Shown piece by piece: positions 8,706-16,124 of a DNA stretch of 28,288 nucleotides (positions are counted from its first letter, which is position 1; every line of letters begins with the position of its first letter). The position numbers and the translations under genes are program-made. Source of the stretch: a virus; the IMG/VR virus record IMGVR_UViG_3300022777_000088; one strand, written 5' to 3'. The notes below the pieces were generated by a model. It saw only the letters and a program-made list of their open reading frames with translations. It was not told the DNA's origin and did not search any database.

Positions 8706-8753
8706 CTTTTTGCGCGTAAGTGGTCATATGCGACATGTAAACGCAACTTATTT

Positions 8754-8975
8754 ATTCGAGACATTCTTCCACAAGAAGCCGCTGACGCTTGTGAGCGAGT
8801 GTTTTTCAAGCTTGATGGCGGCGAACCTGATGTCGTAGAAGTATTCATTCGGGCGGGAACAGAAGAAGAACTTGTGAAGAAACTGGAGAAAGCGGAACAG
8901 TTTTCTCCCGACACCGTTGTATTGAACGGTGGTAGAATACGCCCTTTTCAACAGGTTATTGATGTCTACTTATGA
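8754..8975 (+). CDS. Hypothetical protein, paralog of 9550-9861; start codon unclear
   Basis: 'VFFK...EELVKKLEKA..FSPD' aligns with 'VFYK...EELIKKLEIA..AKPD'; no ATG/GTG/TTG in frame between the tRNA and the homologous region. Confidence 0.5.
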   Translation: MRDILPQEAADACERVFFKLDGGEPDVVEVFIRAGTEEELVKKLEKAEQFSPDTVVLNGGRIRPFQQVIDVYL

Positions 8976-9547
8976 CTCAGCACAGGTTCAACGGAACCTT
9001 TGAGTACGAACCCGAATACTCCTGTGACGAAGAAGATCTTGACGGCGTGATGAATGTATTCACAGGTGTTGCTTCAATCACGCCAATCGTTGACTTGACA
9101 CTTGGCGAAGCAAGAGTGGTGGTAGTTTCTGTCCAGCAGCTTCGCTCGAACGACAAAGTGTGCCTCATCCTCAACGCAGAAGACGGCACGAAGTACTTCT
9201 ACAATCCGAAGTACGAAATCCCTTCAAGCAAGAAAGAGCTTGCCGAGACCATGAACGAATGGTCAACAGGTGGGGATAATGTCCGCAAGCGTTCAAATCT
9301 TTGGAAAGAGGCCAACTACATAAAGAACAATACAGATCAAGCTGATTACAAAATCGAACCCGAACCTCTCATTCAACTCGTCGGCGAAGAAGATGTTGGC
9401 GACGAAATGGTTGAGCTTGAGTTCGAGTACGACGACCGGCTTGTTTATGAGGTCGCAGAGTACTACGGCGTCGATCCAGGAGACGTAAACGAGCGGCTCA
9501 TCTCCGATTTCATCACCGTTGCGATTTACAGAGAAGTCAACGAATAA
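8972..9547 (+). CDS. Acidic hypothetical protein
   Basis: 191 aa ORF, ATGA overlap. Confidence 0.75.
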   Translation: MTQHRFNGTFEYEPEYSCDEEDLDGVMNVFTGVASITPIVDLTLGEARVVVVSVQQLRSNDKVCLILNAEDGTKYFYNPKYEIPSSKKELAETMNEWSTGGDNVRKRSNLWKEANYIKNNTDQADYKIEPEPLIQLVGEEDVGDEMVELEFEYDDRLVYEVAEYYGVDPGDVNERLISDFITVAIYREVNE

Positions 9548-9549
9548 CA

Positions 9550-9861
9550 ATGTCTGACATTGAAGAGTTTGCCAAAAAGCTGAACAACCAGCGCCCAATC
9601 GACATTGAAGCGCTTGCCGAAGCCTTCGATAAGGTTTTCTACAAAGAGCCCGAAGGTAAAGATCCCGTTGAAGCGGAACACGTCAACGGCTTGTGGATTA
9701 GTTCTACTGGAAGCGTAGAAGAGCTAATCAAAAAACTGGAAATCGCGAAAGAAGCAAAACCCGACTGGATCCGAATCAACGACAGCGAATACAACCTTGA
9801 TTCGGAAAACAGTTTTCGTCGCCTCATTGACGGAATCCGTATTGGCATCGCGCATGATTGA
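9550..9861 (+). CDS. Hypothetical protein
   Basis: 103 aa ORF with an upstream paralog. Confidence 0.75.
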   Translation: MSDIEEFAKKLNNQRPIDIEALAEAFDKVFYKEPEGKDPVEAEHVNGLWISSTGSVEELIKKLEIAKEAKPDWIRINDSEYNLDSENSFRRLIDGIRIGIAHD

Positions 9862-10435
9862 AACGGATGATCCGCAAAAGCAAGCAATCTACAATTGTCA
9901 ATTATCTCTTTGTGAGCCTTTGGACGGCGAAAAACTTGACGCTGAAGCGGCAGAGGCGGCGTTAGAAGGGATTTGGAATGAAGCCGTTGGGCTTCCCCTT
10001 CGTCCTCCATCAATTCGCTTTAGCATCGAAAATAACGACCACACTTATTGCCCGTGGGAGCACGAAATTGAATTTGGTTGCAAATCGGAAAAAATTCCTA
10101 CTGTATATCTTCTTCACGAACTTGCCCATGCTCGGATTGCGGCACTTGGCATCGGGCCGTTTGTCGAGAGTCATGGTCCGTTCTTTATGGCAGAATTCGG
10201 ATGGATGTGGTCTTTGTATTCGACAAAAGACTACAACGAGTGGCAGCGGCGTTGTCGGGAACAAAACATTCGGATTTCAAACGAGCTTCCAAATTTGAGC
10301 CACCATCCTTGGGCAGTCGTAAAGGAAGGCGGTCGCGAGTATGCGGTGCGTCCGGCGAGCCGAGCCGTGGAGATGGGTTGGAACATCGTTCGCACGTTTA
10401 CCTTGAACGTTCAGGATAATCATCCAATGGCATAA
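9854..10435 (+). CDS. Zincin-like (HExxH) metallopeptidase, SprT-like
   Basis: 'YLLHELAHA' followed by 'ESHGPFF' third-ligand motif. Confidence 0.75.
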   Translation: MIETDDPQKQAIYNCQLSLCEPLDGEKLDAEAAEAALEGIWNEAVGLPLRPPSIRFSIENNDHTYCPWEHEIEFGCKSEKIPTVYLLHELAHARIAALGIGPFVESHGPFFMAEFGWMWSLYSTKDYNEWQRRCREQNIRISNELPNLSHHPWAVVKEGGREYAVRPASRAVEMGWNIVRTFTLNVQDNHPMA

Positions 10436-10438
10436 ATC

Positions 10439-10837
10439 ATGTACAAAATCAAAGGACACAATCTAGGATCAAACAAAATGCGTAAAGATATGGAACAGCT
10501 GTCGAAAAGCAACACGCTTCTCGCTCGATTGAAAAATCTTTTGGAAGAACGATCAATCGACGTTCCTCCTGACATTGAAGAAGGCGTTGAAGAGCAGCTT
10601 GAGAGCTACGAAAAGTATCTGGATCTCAAAATCCAGTCAAAGGCACGAGAGCGGCGAGAAGACCTTGAAGCCGTTGAACGGGCGATGGAGTTGGCTGAAG
10701 AGCGAAACAAAGAGACGGAAGGTCACTCCTACATGCCGCAAAACCTTCGTAGTCTCAGAAACGAGATTGAAAAAGAGGTTCAACGGCTTGAAAGCATGGA
10801 AGCAAAAGAAGTTTTGGCTGATCCAGAGTGGCAGTGA
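10439..10837 (+). CDS. Coiled-coil hypothetical protein
   Basis: E/K/L/R-rich helical sequence. Confidence 0.7.
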   Translation: MYKIKGHNLGSNKMRKDMEQLSKSNTLLARLKNLLEERSIDVPPDIEEGVEEQLESYEKYLDLKIQSKARERREDLEAVERAMELAEERNKETEGHSYMPQNLRSLRNEIEKEVQRLESMEAKEVLADPEWQ

Positions 10838-10846
10838 TACTTATGT

Positions 10847-10921
10847 GGGCCGGTAGCTCAATTGGGTTAGAGCACGCGACTCATAATCGCACGGTTGAGA
10901 GTTCGAGTCTCTCCCGGCCCA
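10847..10921 (+). tRNA. tRNA-CAT, probably Ile2 (lysidine type)
   Basis: Cloverleaf GGGCCGG/CCGGCCC; anticodon arm GCGA-CTCATAA-TCGC matches the bacterial tRNA-Ile2 pattern as I recall it. Confidence 0.85.
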
Positions 10922-10958
10922 CTTTTCGTTTTGATTCTGAATAACCCAAGAAACTTTC

Positions 10959-11360
10959 ATGAGTGATGAACCACTTGACTTAGAACGGTCTGCCTTCCTC
11001 GTGCAGATGAAGCAAGAAATCGAGAGGCTCGAAGACAGAGTTGAAGAGCTTGAAGAAGAGCAAGAGGAAGGCGACGGGCCGACGCTTGCCGAGGACCTTC
11101 ATTCGGTCATTGAGCAAAACGCTGATATCGTGAACGTCAATGTGGCAGACACGGCCATTGAGTTTGGCTTGAGCGACGACCGAACGGTTCAGATTCCGAT
11201 TCGTTGGAGCTGGCGGCTGCAAAACGCTTCGCCCGATGAGCGACAAAAGTACGAAATCGTTGACGACGGAAATCGAGTCATTTGGCCCGACGTTGAAGAA
11301 GTTATCACTGTTCACGGCATTCTCACAGGAGACCCCGCACCACGACCAGAAGAACAATAA
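10959..11360 (+). CDS. DUF2442-domain protein with N-terminal coiled coil
   Basis: 'LSDDRTVQIPIRWSWRLQNASPDERQKYEI..GNRVIWPDVEEVITVHGIL'. Confidence 0.75.
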   Translation: MSDEPLDLERSAFLVQMKQEIERLEDRVEELEEEQEEGDGPTLAEDLHSVIEQNADIVNVNVADTAIEFGLSDDRTVQIPIRWSWRLQNASPDERQKYEIVDDGNRVIWPDVEEVITVHGILTGDPAPRPEEQ

Positions 11361-11365
11361 CAGTT

Positions 11366-11944
11366 ATGGACACGATATTTGCACCAGAATTTCTAGAAAA
11401 CAAAGTCAAATCCAAGTACAAAGAGAAAATCAATCCGACTCATACGTACATTCCGGACTCAACAACGGGAAAGCCGATAGATAATAAAACTTCAATCGGC
11501 CAGAAGCAAACCACCACGCCAAATCCGAGCAAGTGGCCGGTGGATATTGCGAGCGACCCGTTTGTTCAGTCAGTGCTCGACGACCGGAACATTTTCGCTC
11601 AACATGAGCTTGAGTACCTTGACAATAACTGTCCAGACGACATCTTCAACGAGTACGATGAAATGATGCCCATGATGGACGAGTTGGAAAAGAGGATTGA
11701 CGAAGACATTTTCCGGGAGATTCTTGACGAGATCGAAGACGCTGAAAATCCATTTGAGGACCCCGACGACCATCGAGACTGGACGCAAGAGAGGCCGGAT
11801 TGGACGAATCCGGACAGCACTCCTTACATTGGAGACAACTACCAGAAGCTCGACGGAATGTACGAAGAGCAGCGGACTATCGGCATGTTCGAGACCGAAG
11901 AAGAAGTTGAGCAAGCCATAAAGATCATGAACGGCAATGAATGA
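11366..11944 (+). CDS. Acidic hypothetical protein containing HExxY motif
   Basis: 192 aa ORF; 'IFAQHELEYL'. Confidence 0.75.
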   Translation: MDTIFAPEFLENKVKSKYKEKINPTHTYIPDSTTGKPIDNKTSIGQKQTTTPNPSKWPVDIASDPFVQSVLDDRNIFAQHELEYLDNNCPDDIFNEYDEMMPMMDELEKRIDEDIFREILDEIEDAENPFEDPDDHRDWTQERPDWTNPDSTPYIGDNYQKLDGMYEEQRTIGMFETEEEVEQAIKIMNGNE

Positions 11945-12392
11945 GTCCGACGCTCAGAAAACGATATACAAGGACTTCATTCAAGAGAAGCGCCATGTGC
12001 TTGCGGTTCCCAACTGCAAGGCGCTGTACCCGAGAGGCGAGTCGGACTTGATTAGCGTCACGCCCGCGGGGCTTGTTCACGAGTTTGAAATCAAGCGAAC
12101 TGAAAGCGATTTTGAGCGTGACTTCGAGAGCAAGTCCTTCAAGCACGAAGTCCTTGAGGAAGGCGCGCCGATTGATGACAAATGCACGCCGAACTACTTT
12201 TGGTTCGCGATGCCGCGAACACTTTGCGAGAAAGTGGAGGTTCCAGAGTACGCAGGAAAAATGTGTCTCGGGTCAAGCGGCTGCGACGTAAAGAAAAAGG
12301 CGCCTCGTCGGCACTCCCGAAACATTACCGACAGGGCGAGACAGTATCTTGAAAGGGGCGTGACCGTGCGTTTTTGGGACAAAAGTTTTTGA
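11937..12392 (+). CDS. PD-(D/E)XK nuclease-like protein (MmcB-like)
   Basis: 'ESDLISV...HEFEIKRTESDFERD...PNYFWFAMP'. Confidence 0.65.
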   Translation: MNESDAQKTIYKDFIQEKRHVLAVPNCKALYPRGESDLISVTPAGLVHEFEIKRTESDFERDFESKSFKHEVLEEGAPIDDKCTPNYFWFAMPRTLCEKVEVPEYAGKMCLGSSGCDVKKKAPRRHSRNITDRARQYLERGVTVRFWDKSF

Positions 12393-12440
12393 GTTGGGTT
12401 ATATATAAACTCGCACGGCACAAACAAACCCTCTCAAACA

Positions 12441-13265
12441 ATGGATAACCCTCTCAAAAGAAGTTTCGACCTTGAGTTTAAGGAAACCGAAGAAACCGAC
12501 GAACCTTCCGATAAGGTCGATCACGACAAAGCATTTGATCAGTCTCAGGGAGCTGCGAGCTTTCTGAATGAGGAAAGCAACCCGTTCAGCGAAGAAGAAA
12601 CATCCGAAGAGGATGAAGGAATGGACGAAGCTGTTCTTTCCGCTCTTAACGAAGCGCAGGGCGGCGGTTCGCAGTATCAGCCGGAAGAAGTGACGCAAGA
12701 GGAAGAAGAGGTCGAAGAGGCTGATCGTGGAGCAGTCGAAGACGTTCTCGCGCACATCAACGGCAACTACGAGAAGCAAAACGAAGATCGCGACCGAGGC
12801 GCCGTTGAAGACGTTCTTCAAGACTTGAACAGCGAGAACGAGTACGGAAAGAACCTTGGGGATATTTTTGAAGAAGAGGAAGAAGACGGCGACGTTCCCG
12901 AAGAGTTCAAAGATCAGCAAGAGGGGGGTGAAGAGGAAGAAGATATGGAGGAAGCAGTCGATGCCGTGCTGAACCAGGTTCTTAGCGAGCAGCAAGAGCC
13001 GCTTCACGAGGACTGGAAGCAGCGAGTTCTTGAGGACGAAGACCCTTGCTGGGAGGATCACACGATGGTCGGAACCAAGATGCAAGACGGCGAAGAGGTC
13101 CCGAACTGCGTTCCAGAGGATGAAGCTGAAGACTACGAAGCAAACGAGTCAGTGAGCCGACAGGGCTCGATTTCAGAGGACGACGTGATGGATGCCGTGC
13201 TTGAAGATCAGGTCGAAGAGCTTTCTCGACTCGATCAGCTTGCGGAACAAGTACTTAACGGATAA
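12441..13265 (+). CDS. Extremely acidic, repeat-containing protein, possibly virion head-internal
   Basis: 'DRGAVEDVL' twice, 'M(D/E)(E)AV' repeats, motif 'DPCWEDHTMVGTKMQDGEEVPNCVP'. Confidence 0.7.
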   Translation: MDNPLKRSFDLEFKETEETDEPSDKVDHDKAFDQSQGAASFLNEESNPFSEEETSEEDEGMDEAVLSALNEAQGGGSQYQPEEVTQEEEEVEEADRGAVEDVLAHINGNYEKQNEDRDRGAVEDVLQDLNSENEYGKNLGDIFEEEEEDGDVPEEFKDQQEGGEEEEDMEEAVDAVLNQVLSEQQEPLHEDWKQRVLEDEDPCWEDHTMVGTKMQDGEEVPNCVPEDEAEDYEANESVSRQGSISEDDVMDAVLEDQVEELSRLDQLAEQVLNG

Positions 13266-13269
13266 CACA

Positions 13270-13341
13270 ATGATTACTCGAACTGGAGGACATTTTGCGG
13301 ATTTTGCGATGCACGCTAATGGTATGCATAGCAACTACTAA
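13270..13341 (+). CDS. Putative 23-aa attenuator leader peptide MITRTGGHFADFAMHANGMHSNY
   Basis: ATG 4 nt after the previous stop; ends 4 nt before an antiterminator strand. Confidence 0.5.
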   Translation: MITRTGGHFADFAMHANGMHSNY

Positions 13342-13345
13342 CCCG

Positions 13346-13388
13346 CTCGCCAGTTTGTCCGCAGGTGTGAAAAGCCCGAGCTGGCGAG
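13346..13388 (+). promoter_or_regulatory. Putative antiterminator helix
   Basis: CTCGCCAGTTT (13346-13356) pairs with GAGCTGGCGAG (13378-13388), overlapping the terminator 5' arm and loop. Confidence 0.55.
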
Positions 13389-13411
13389 AGCCGGTTCGGG
13401 CTTTTCTTTTT
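13370..13411 (+). terminator. Rho-independent terminator
   Basis: AAAAGCCCGAGCTGGC-GAGA-GCCGGTTCGGGCTTTT followed by CTTTTT. Confidence 0.85.
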
Positions 13412-13498
13412 ATGGGCTTCACATTTTTGCGGGAACTCTTCTTCGCTTTCGTGCATATAAGCACACGCATTGATATAATAATCAACCAGTCAAAACAC

Positions 13499-13774
13499 GT
13501 GGATGACGTAACAGAGGCGAGAAAACGAATCCGGGAGCGGCTTTCCTTGTTACGGGACAGGCGCGATTCAATGGAAGAAATGAAAGACTCCGCTGTTCGA
13601 AACAGTCCGGAGTGGTGCAGCGCTCATAGTTCGTTCCAAGAAACGAAAGAAGAGATTGACTTTCTGGAAGATCTTCTTTCTTTGGGCGCAGAGAAAAATC
13701 CAAATGTTGAGAAAGAAGACAACTCGCCGTGGTATCCACCCGGAGAAGATTACAAAAACGGACGTTGGTACTGA
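13499..13774 (+). CDS. Hypothetical protein (GTG start)
   Basis: Helical sequence from 'VDDVTEARKR'; the upstream part of the 13295 ORF overlaps regulatory hairpins. Confidence 0.65.
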   Translation: MDDVTEARKRIRERLSLLRDRRDSMEEMKDSAVRNSPEWCSAHSSFQETKEEIDFLEDLLSLGAEKNPNVEKEDNSPWYPPGEDYKNGRWY

Positions 13775-13782
13775 AAACACAT

Positions 13783-13859
13783 GGGCCTTAGTAGCTAATA
13801 AGCGGTTGAGCGACTGTTTTGCACGCAGTTGTATGCCGGTTCAAATCCGGTCGGGTCCA
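13783..13859 (+). tRNA. tRNA-Ala(TGC) with 2-nt bulge in acceptor stem
   Basis: GGGCCT-[TA]-G / CGGGTCC with G3:U70, A73; ACTGT-TTTGCAC-GCAGT; GCCGG-TTCAAAT-CCGGT. Confidence 0.85.
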
Positions 13860-13895
13860 CAACCTTTACATTACTTACACAACCCTTTGCTACCT

Positions 13896-14120
13896 GTGAA
13901 CTGGTACGGAGTTGATGAAACGGGCGCTTACATTGTCGCGACGAGATTTTCGGACAGATGCGGTGCTCCAGTTTCAATCAAGTATCACATTGAACGGTGG
14001 GAGAGTTTTGATGGCCTCCCTCCAGCTCCGTCTCGCAAGTGGACATACGGGCTTTACGACTTGACGAAAGAAGAAAAAGAGAGCCTTGAGGACTTCATGC
14101 AAGGGGTTACGGGATGTTAA
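13896..14120 (+). CDS. Hypothetical protein
   Basis: ORF between tRNAs; GTG/TTG start uncertain. Confidence 0.5.
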   Translation: MNWYGVDETGAYIVATRFSDRCGAPVSIKYHIERWESFDGLPPAPSRKWTYGLYDLTKEEKESLEDFMQGVTGC

Positions 14121-14123
14121 AAT

Positions 14124-14198
14124 GTCGGTGTAGCTCAAGTCTGGTAGAGCGCAAGAGTGAAATCCTTGGCGTTGGGGGTTCAAATCCTTCCACCGGCA
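14124..14198 (+). tRNA. tRNA-Phe(GAA) copy 1
   Basis: GTCGGTG/CACCGGC; CAAGA-GTGAAAT-CCTTG (A31:C39 mismatch, G32); T loop TTCAAAT. Confidence 0.88.
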
Positions 14199-14199
14199 C

Positions 14200-14313
14200 A
14201 TGTATTCGTTTTTGGCCAAACATGAAGTTGAATACATTGAGTCCAAAGGCGACGACTACGCAAAGCAAGAGTTTGTTGCTGATTGGATAATGCTGCAAAT
14301 AACGGCTCGGTAA
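14200..14313 (+). CDS. HExxY-motif microprotein (37 aa)
   Basis: Own translation MYSFLAKHEVEYIESKGDDYAKQEFVADWIMLQITAR; stop lies within the next tRNA. Confidence 0.55.
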   Translation: MYSFLAKHEVEYIESKGDDYAKQEFVADWIMLQITAR

Positions 14314-14376
14314 CTCAGTTGGTAGAGTGCCAGATTGAAGATCTGGAGGTCGTTGGTTCAAGTCCAACTCGAGCCA
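14304..14376 (+). tRNA. tRNA-Phe(GAA) copy 2
   Basis: GGCTCGG/TCGAGCC; CCAGA-TTGAAGA-TCTGG; GTTGG-TTCAAGT-CCAAC. Confidence 0.95.
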
Positions 14377-14377
14377 C

Positions 14378-14527
14378 ATGATAAGCTCAATCGAAGACCG
14401 TGTGAAGTTTGCGATTCCGGTTGCAAAGCTGCTCGCTCAACACGAGATTGATTATGTGAACGACCAGTCGCTTTCGGCGCCGGACCGTTTTCTTTCGAAA
14501 CACGGAACGTACTTGAAAAATGCCTGA
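14378..14527 (+). CDS. HExxY-motif microprotein (49 aa)
   Basis: Own translation MISSIEDRVKFAIPVAKLLAQHEIDYVNDQSLSAPDRFLSKHGTYLKNA. Confidence 0.6.
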   Translation: MISSIEDRVKFAIPVAKLLAQHEIDYVNDQSLSAPDRFLSKHGTYLKNA

Positions 14528-14882
14528 CTTCGGTTACGGCAAGCCAATGACGACTGAGCAGCTTGAGCATTACCGGAAGGTGAAAAAGACTCGGCAAGAG
14601 CAGGGGCTTCCCGTGTTGACTGAACAGAAGAAGTGGGATCGCCGGAAGGGCGACGAGCACCCGCTTTTGGGAATGCGACTTCGCGACACTGAAAGCGAAA
14701 GCACTTACGTCGTTGACACGGTATCGAACGTGTGGCTTGACGGGTTTTATATCCAGATGGCCATTCGTGAAGAGGGGACGAACAGCCACGCACTCGTTTT
14801 TTGGGAGAACGTAAGCTCTGAGAACGAAGTCGTGCTTGAAGGCATCGAAGAAGCACAAGAGCGGTACGAAAAGATAGGATGA
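14520..14882 (+). CDS. Hypothetical protein
   Basis: 120 aa ORF with overlapping neighbours. Confidence 0.7.
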   Translation: MPDFGYGKPMTTEQLEHYRKVKKTRQEQGLPVLTEQKKWDRRKGDEHPLLGMRLRDTESESTYVVDTVSNVWLDGFYIQMAIREEGTNSHALVFWENVSSENEVVLEGIEEAQERYEKIG

Positions 14883-15046
14883 ATCAAAAGAAGATTGCGG
14901 AACAAATGGAAGGTCGGACAGTGAAAGACGTGACAGTAAGCAGCTTTCCGGCCGACGTGACAGTGACGTTTGAAGACGGAAGCACTGTGACGTTCACCGT
15001 CAACGAGCCATCTGTCTGGATGACGGGATACTTTGGCGACGAATAA
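14879..15046 (+). CDS. Small hypothetical protein (55 aa), loosely similar to 5020-5166
   Basis: Own translation MNQKKIAEQMEGRTVKDVTVSSFPADVTVTFEDGSTVTFTVNEPSVWMTGYFGDE. Confidence 0.6.
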   Translation: MNQKKIAEQMEGRTVKDVTVSSFPADVTVTFEDGSTVTFTVNEPSVWMTGYFGDE

Positions 15047-15049
15047 GAT

Positions 15050-15124
15050 GTGGGCCATAGTTCAATCGGTAGAACGCTGGGTTGTGATCCCAGTCTGTTC
15101 TCGGTTCGAGTCCGAGTGGTCCAC
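15050..15124 (+). tRNA. tRNA-His(GTG) copy 1 (encoded G-1, C73)
   Basis: G-TGGGCCA/TGGTCCA-C; CTGGG-TTGTGAT-CCCAG; CTCGG-TTCGAGT-CCGAG. Confidence 0.92.
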
Positions 15125-15127
15125 CTA

Positions 15128-15237
15128 CATGTACGGCAGGGCACGTTTGGGTTCGAGTCCCATTTAGAACGGAGCCACGTCCGCTTGGCAAAGAGTTGGC
15201 CGCTCGAAGCGGGGTTCAAGTCCTTGCGCCGTACATG
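15128..15237 (+). ncRNA. tRNA-like RNA with two T-arm hairpins
   Basis: 10-bp closing stem CATGTACGGC/GCCGTACATG enclosing TGGG-TTCGAGT-CCCA and GGGG-TTCAAGT-CCTT. Confidence 0.6.
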
Positions 15238-15242
15238 CACAT

Positions 15243-15319
15243 GTGGGCCATTGATAAGTTCGGTCTAAATCGCTGCACTGTGGCTGCAGTAATCGTGGGT
15301 TCAAATCCCACTGGTCCAC
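15243..15319 (+). tRNA. tRNA-His(GTG) copy 2 (encoded G-1, C73)
   Basis: Same acceptor as copy 1; CTGCA-CTGTGGC-TGCAG; GTGGG-TTCAAAT-CCCAC. Confidence 0.9.
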
Positions 15320-15358
15320 CTACCTTCATTGTAAGTGAACGAAAGCGGATATATACAA

Positions 15359-15706
15359 ATGAACACTGGCATCAAGTTTCTGGCGTTTCTCGTCATTTTC
15401 GGCGTGCTTTTCGGTTCATGCGGAATCACGCACTTCGCGACCAAGACCACTATTGAGTATGAGGTCGACGAGAAAGAAGCAGTCGGCGGGCAAGACGGGA
15501 AATACCTAATCTACACGGCGGAGAACGAAGTTCTCGAAAATCGAGATTCCATTTGGGAACTCAAGTGGAACAGTTCTGACGTGTACGCGAGACTCGACGC
15601 CGGAAAGTGCTATCGAAGTGAAGCGTGGGGCTTTCGCGTTCCGTTCCTTTCGATGTATCGCGGCATCGATCAGGCAGAAGAAATCCCTTGTAGCTCAGTA
15701 CAATGA
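15359..15706 (+). CDS. DUF1523-like secreted/membrane-anchored protein
   Basis: N-terminal TM/lipobox-like 'FGSC'; 'KYLIYT..EVLENRDS..KWNSSDVYARL..GFRVPFLSMYR'. Confidence 0.7.
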   Translation: MNTGIKFLAFLVIFGVLFGSCGITHFATKTTIEYEVDEKEAVGGQDGKYLIYTAENEVLENRDSIWELKWNSSDVYARLDAGKCYRSEAWGFRVPFLSMYRGIDQAEEIPCSSVQ

Positions 15707-16017
15707 ATGACATTTTGCTCAGTTTTCTACTCGGATCATTAGTTACGGCAATCCTCGTTTTTGGCGTCGTCGCGTGCGACGGCCCGTCAAGGGTCAACGT
15801 AAGCGGTAATAACGTTGAGGCGTATGTCGTGAAGCAGGGGGATTTGAAAAACCCGAATGCGCAAAGCCGAGCGGCTGAAACGCAAGGAAGGGCGGGCGTG
15901 CTCTGTATTGAAGGTAAGATGTACACCTTCTACCAAACGTCAGATGGCGTTGGGCTTTCCTCTCAAGGTGAAACGTGTCCGGACGTTCAGATTCAGGACA
16001 CGACGTCGACTCCATAA
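15703..16017 (+). CDS. Putative lipoprotein/membrane protein
   Basis: Hydrophobic N-terminus ending 'VVAC'. Confidence 0.65.
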   Translation: MNDILLSFLLGSLVTAILVFGVVACDGPSRVNVSGNNVEAYVVKQGDLKNPNAQSRAAETQGRAGVLCIEGKMYTFYQTSDGVGLSSQGETCPDVQIQDTTSTP

Positions 16018-16025
16018 CAGCACAT

Positions 16026-16103
16026 TGCTCCGTAGCTCAGCTTGGCCTAGAGCGGAGGATTCATATCCCTCGTCAGCCGAGAGTTCAAATCTCTCCGGGG
16101 CAA
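16026..16103 (+). tRNA. tRNA-Met(CAT)
   Basis: TGCTCCG/CGGGGCA; GAGGA-TTCATAT-CCCTC (A31:C39 mismatch); GAGAG-TTCAAAT-CTCTC. Confidence 0.8.
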
Positions 16104-16124
16104 CGAATCATATAAGAAAGGAAT

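Noticed and set aside
10114-10128. HELAH in 9854-10435 as a member of the HExxY family
   Set aside because: It is a standard zincin HExxH with a downstream third His ligand.
13295-13498. 5' extension of the 13295-13774 ORF
   Set aside because: Runs through the terminator and promoter-like DNA; protein-like sequence begins at GTG 13499.
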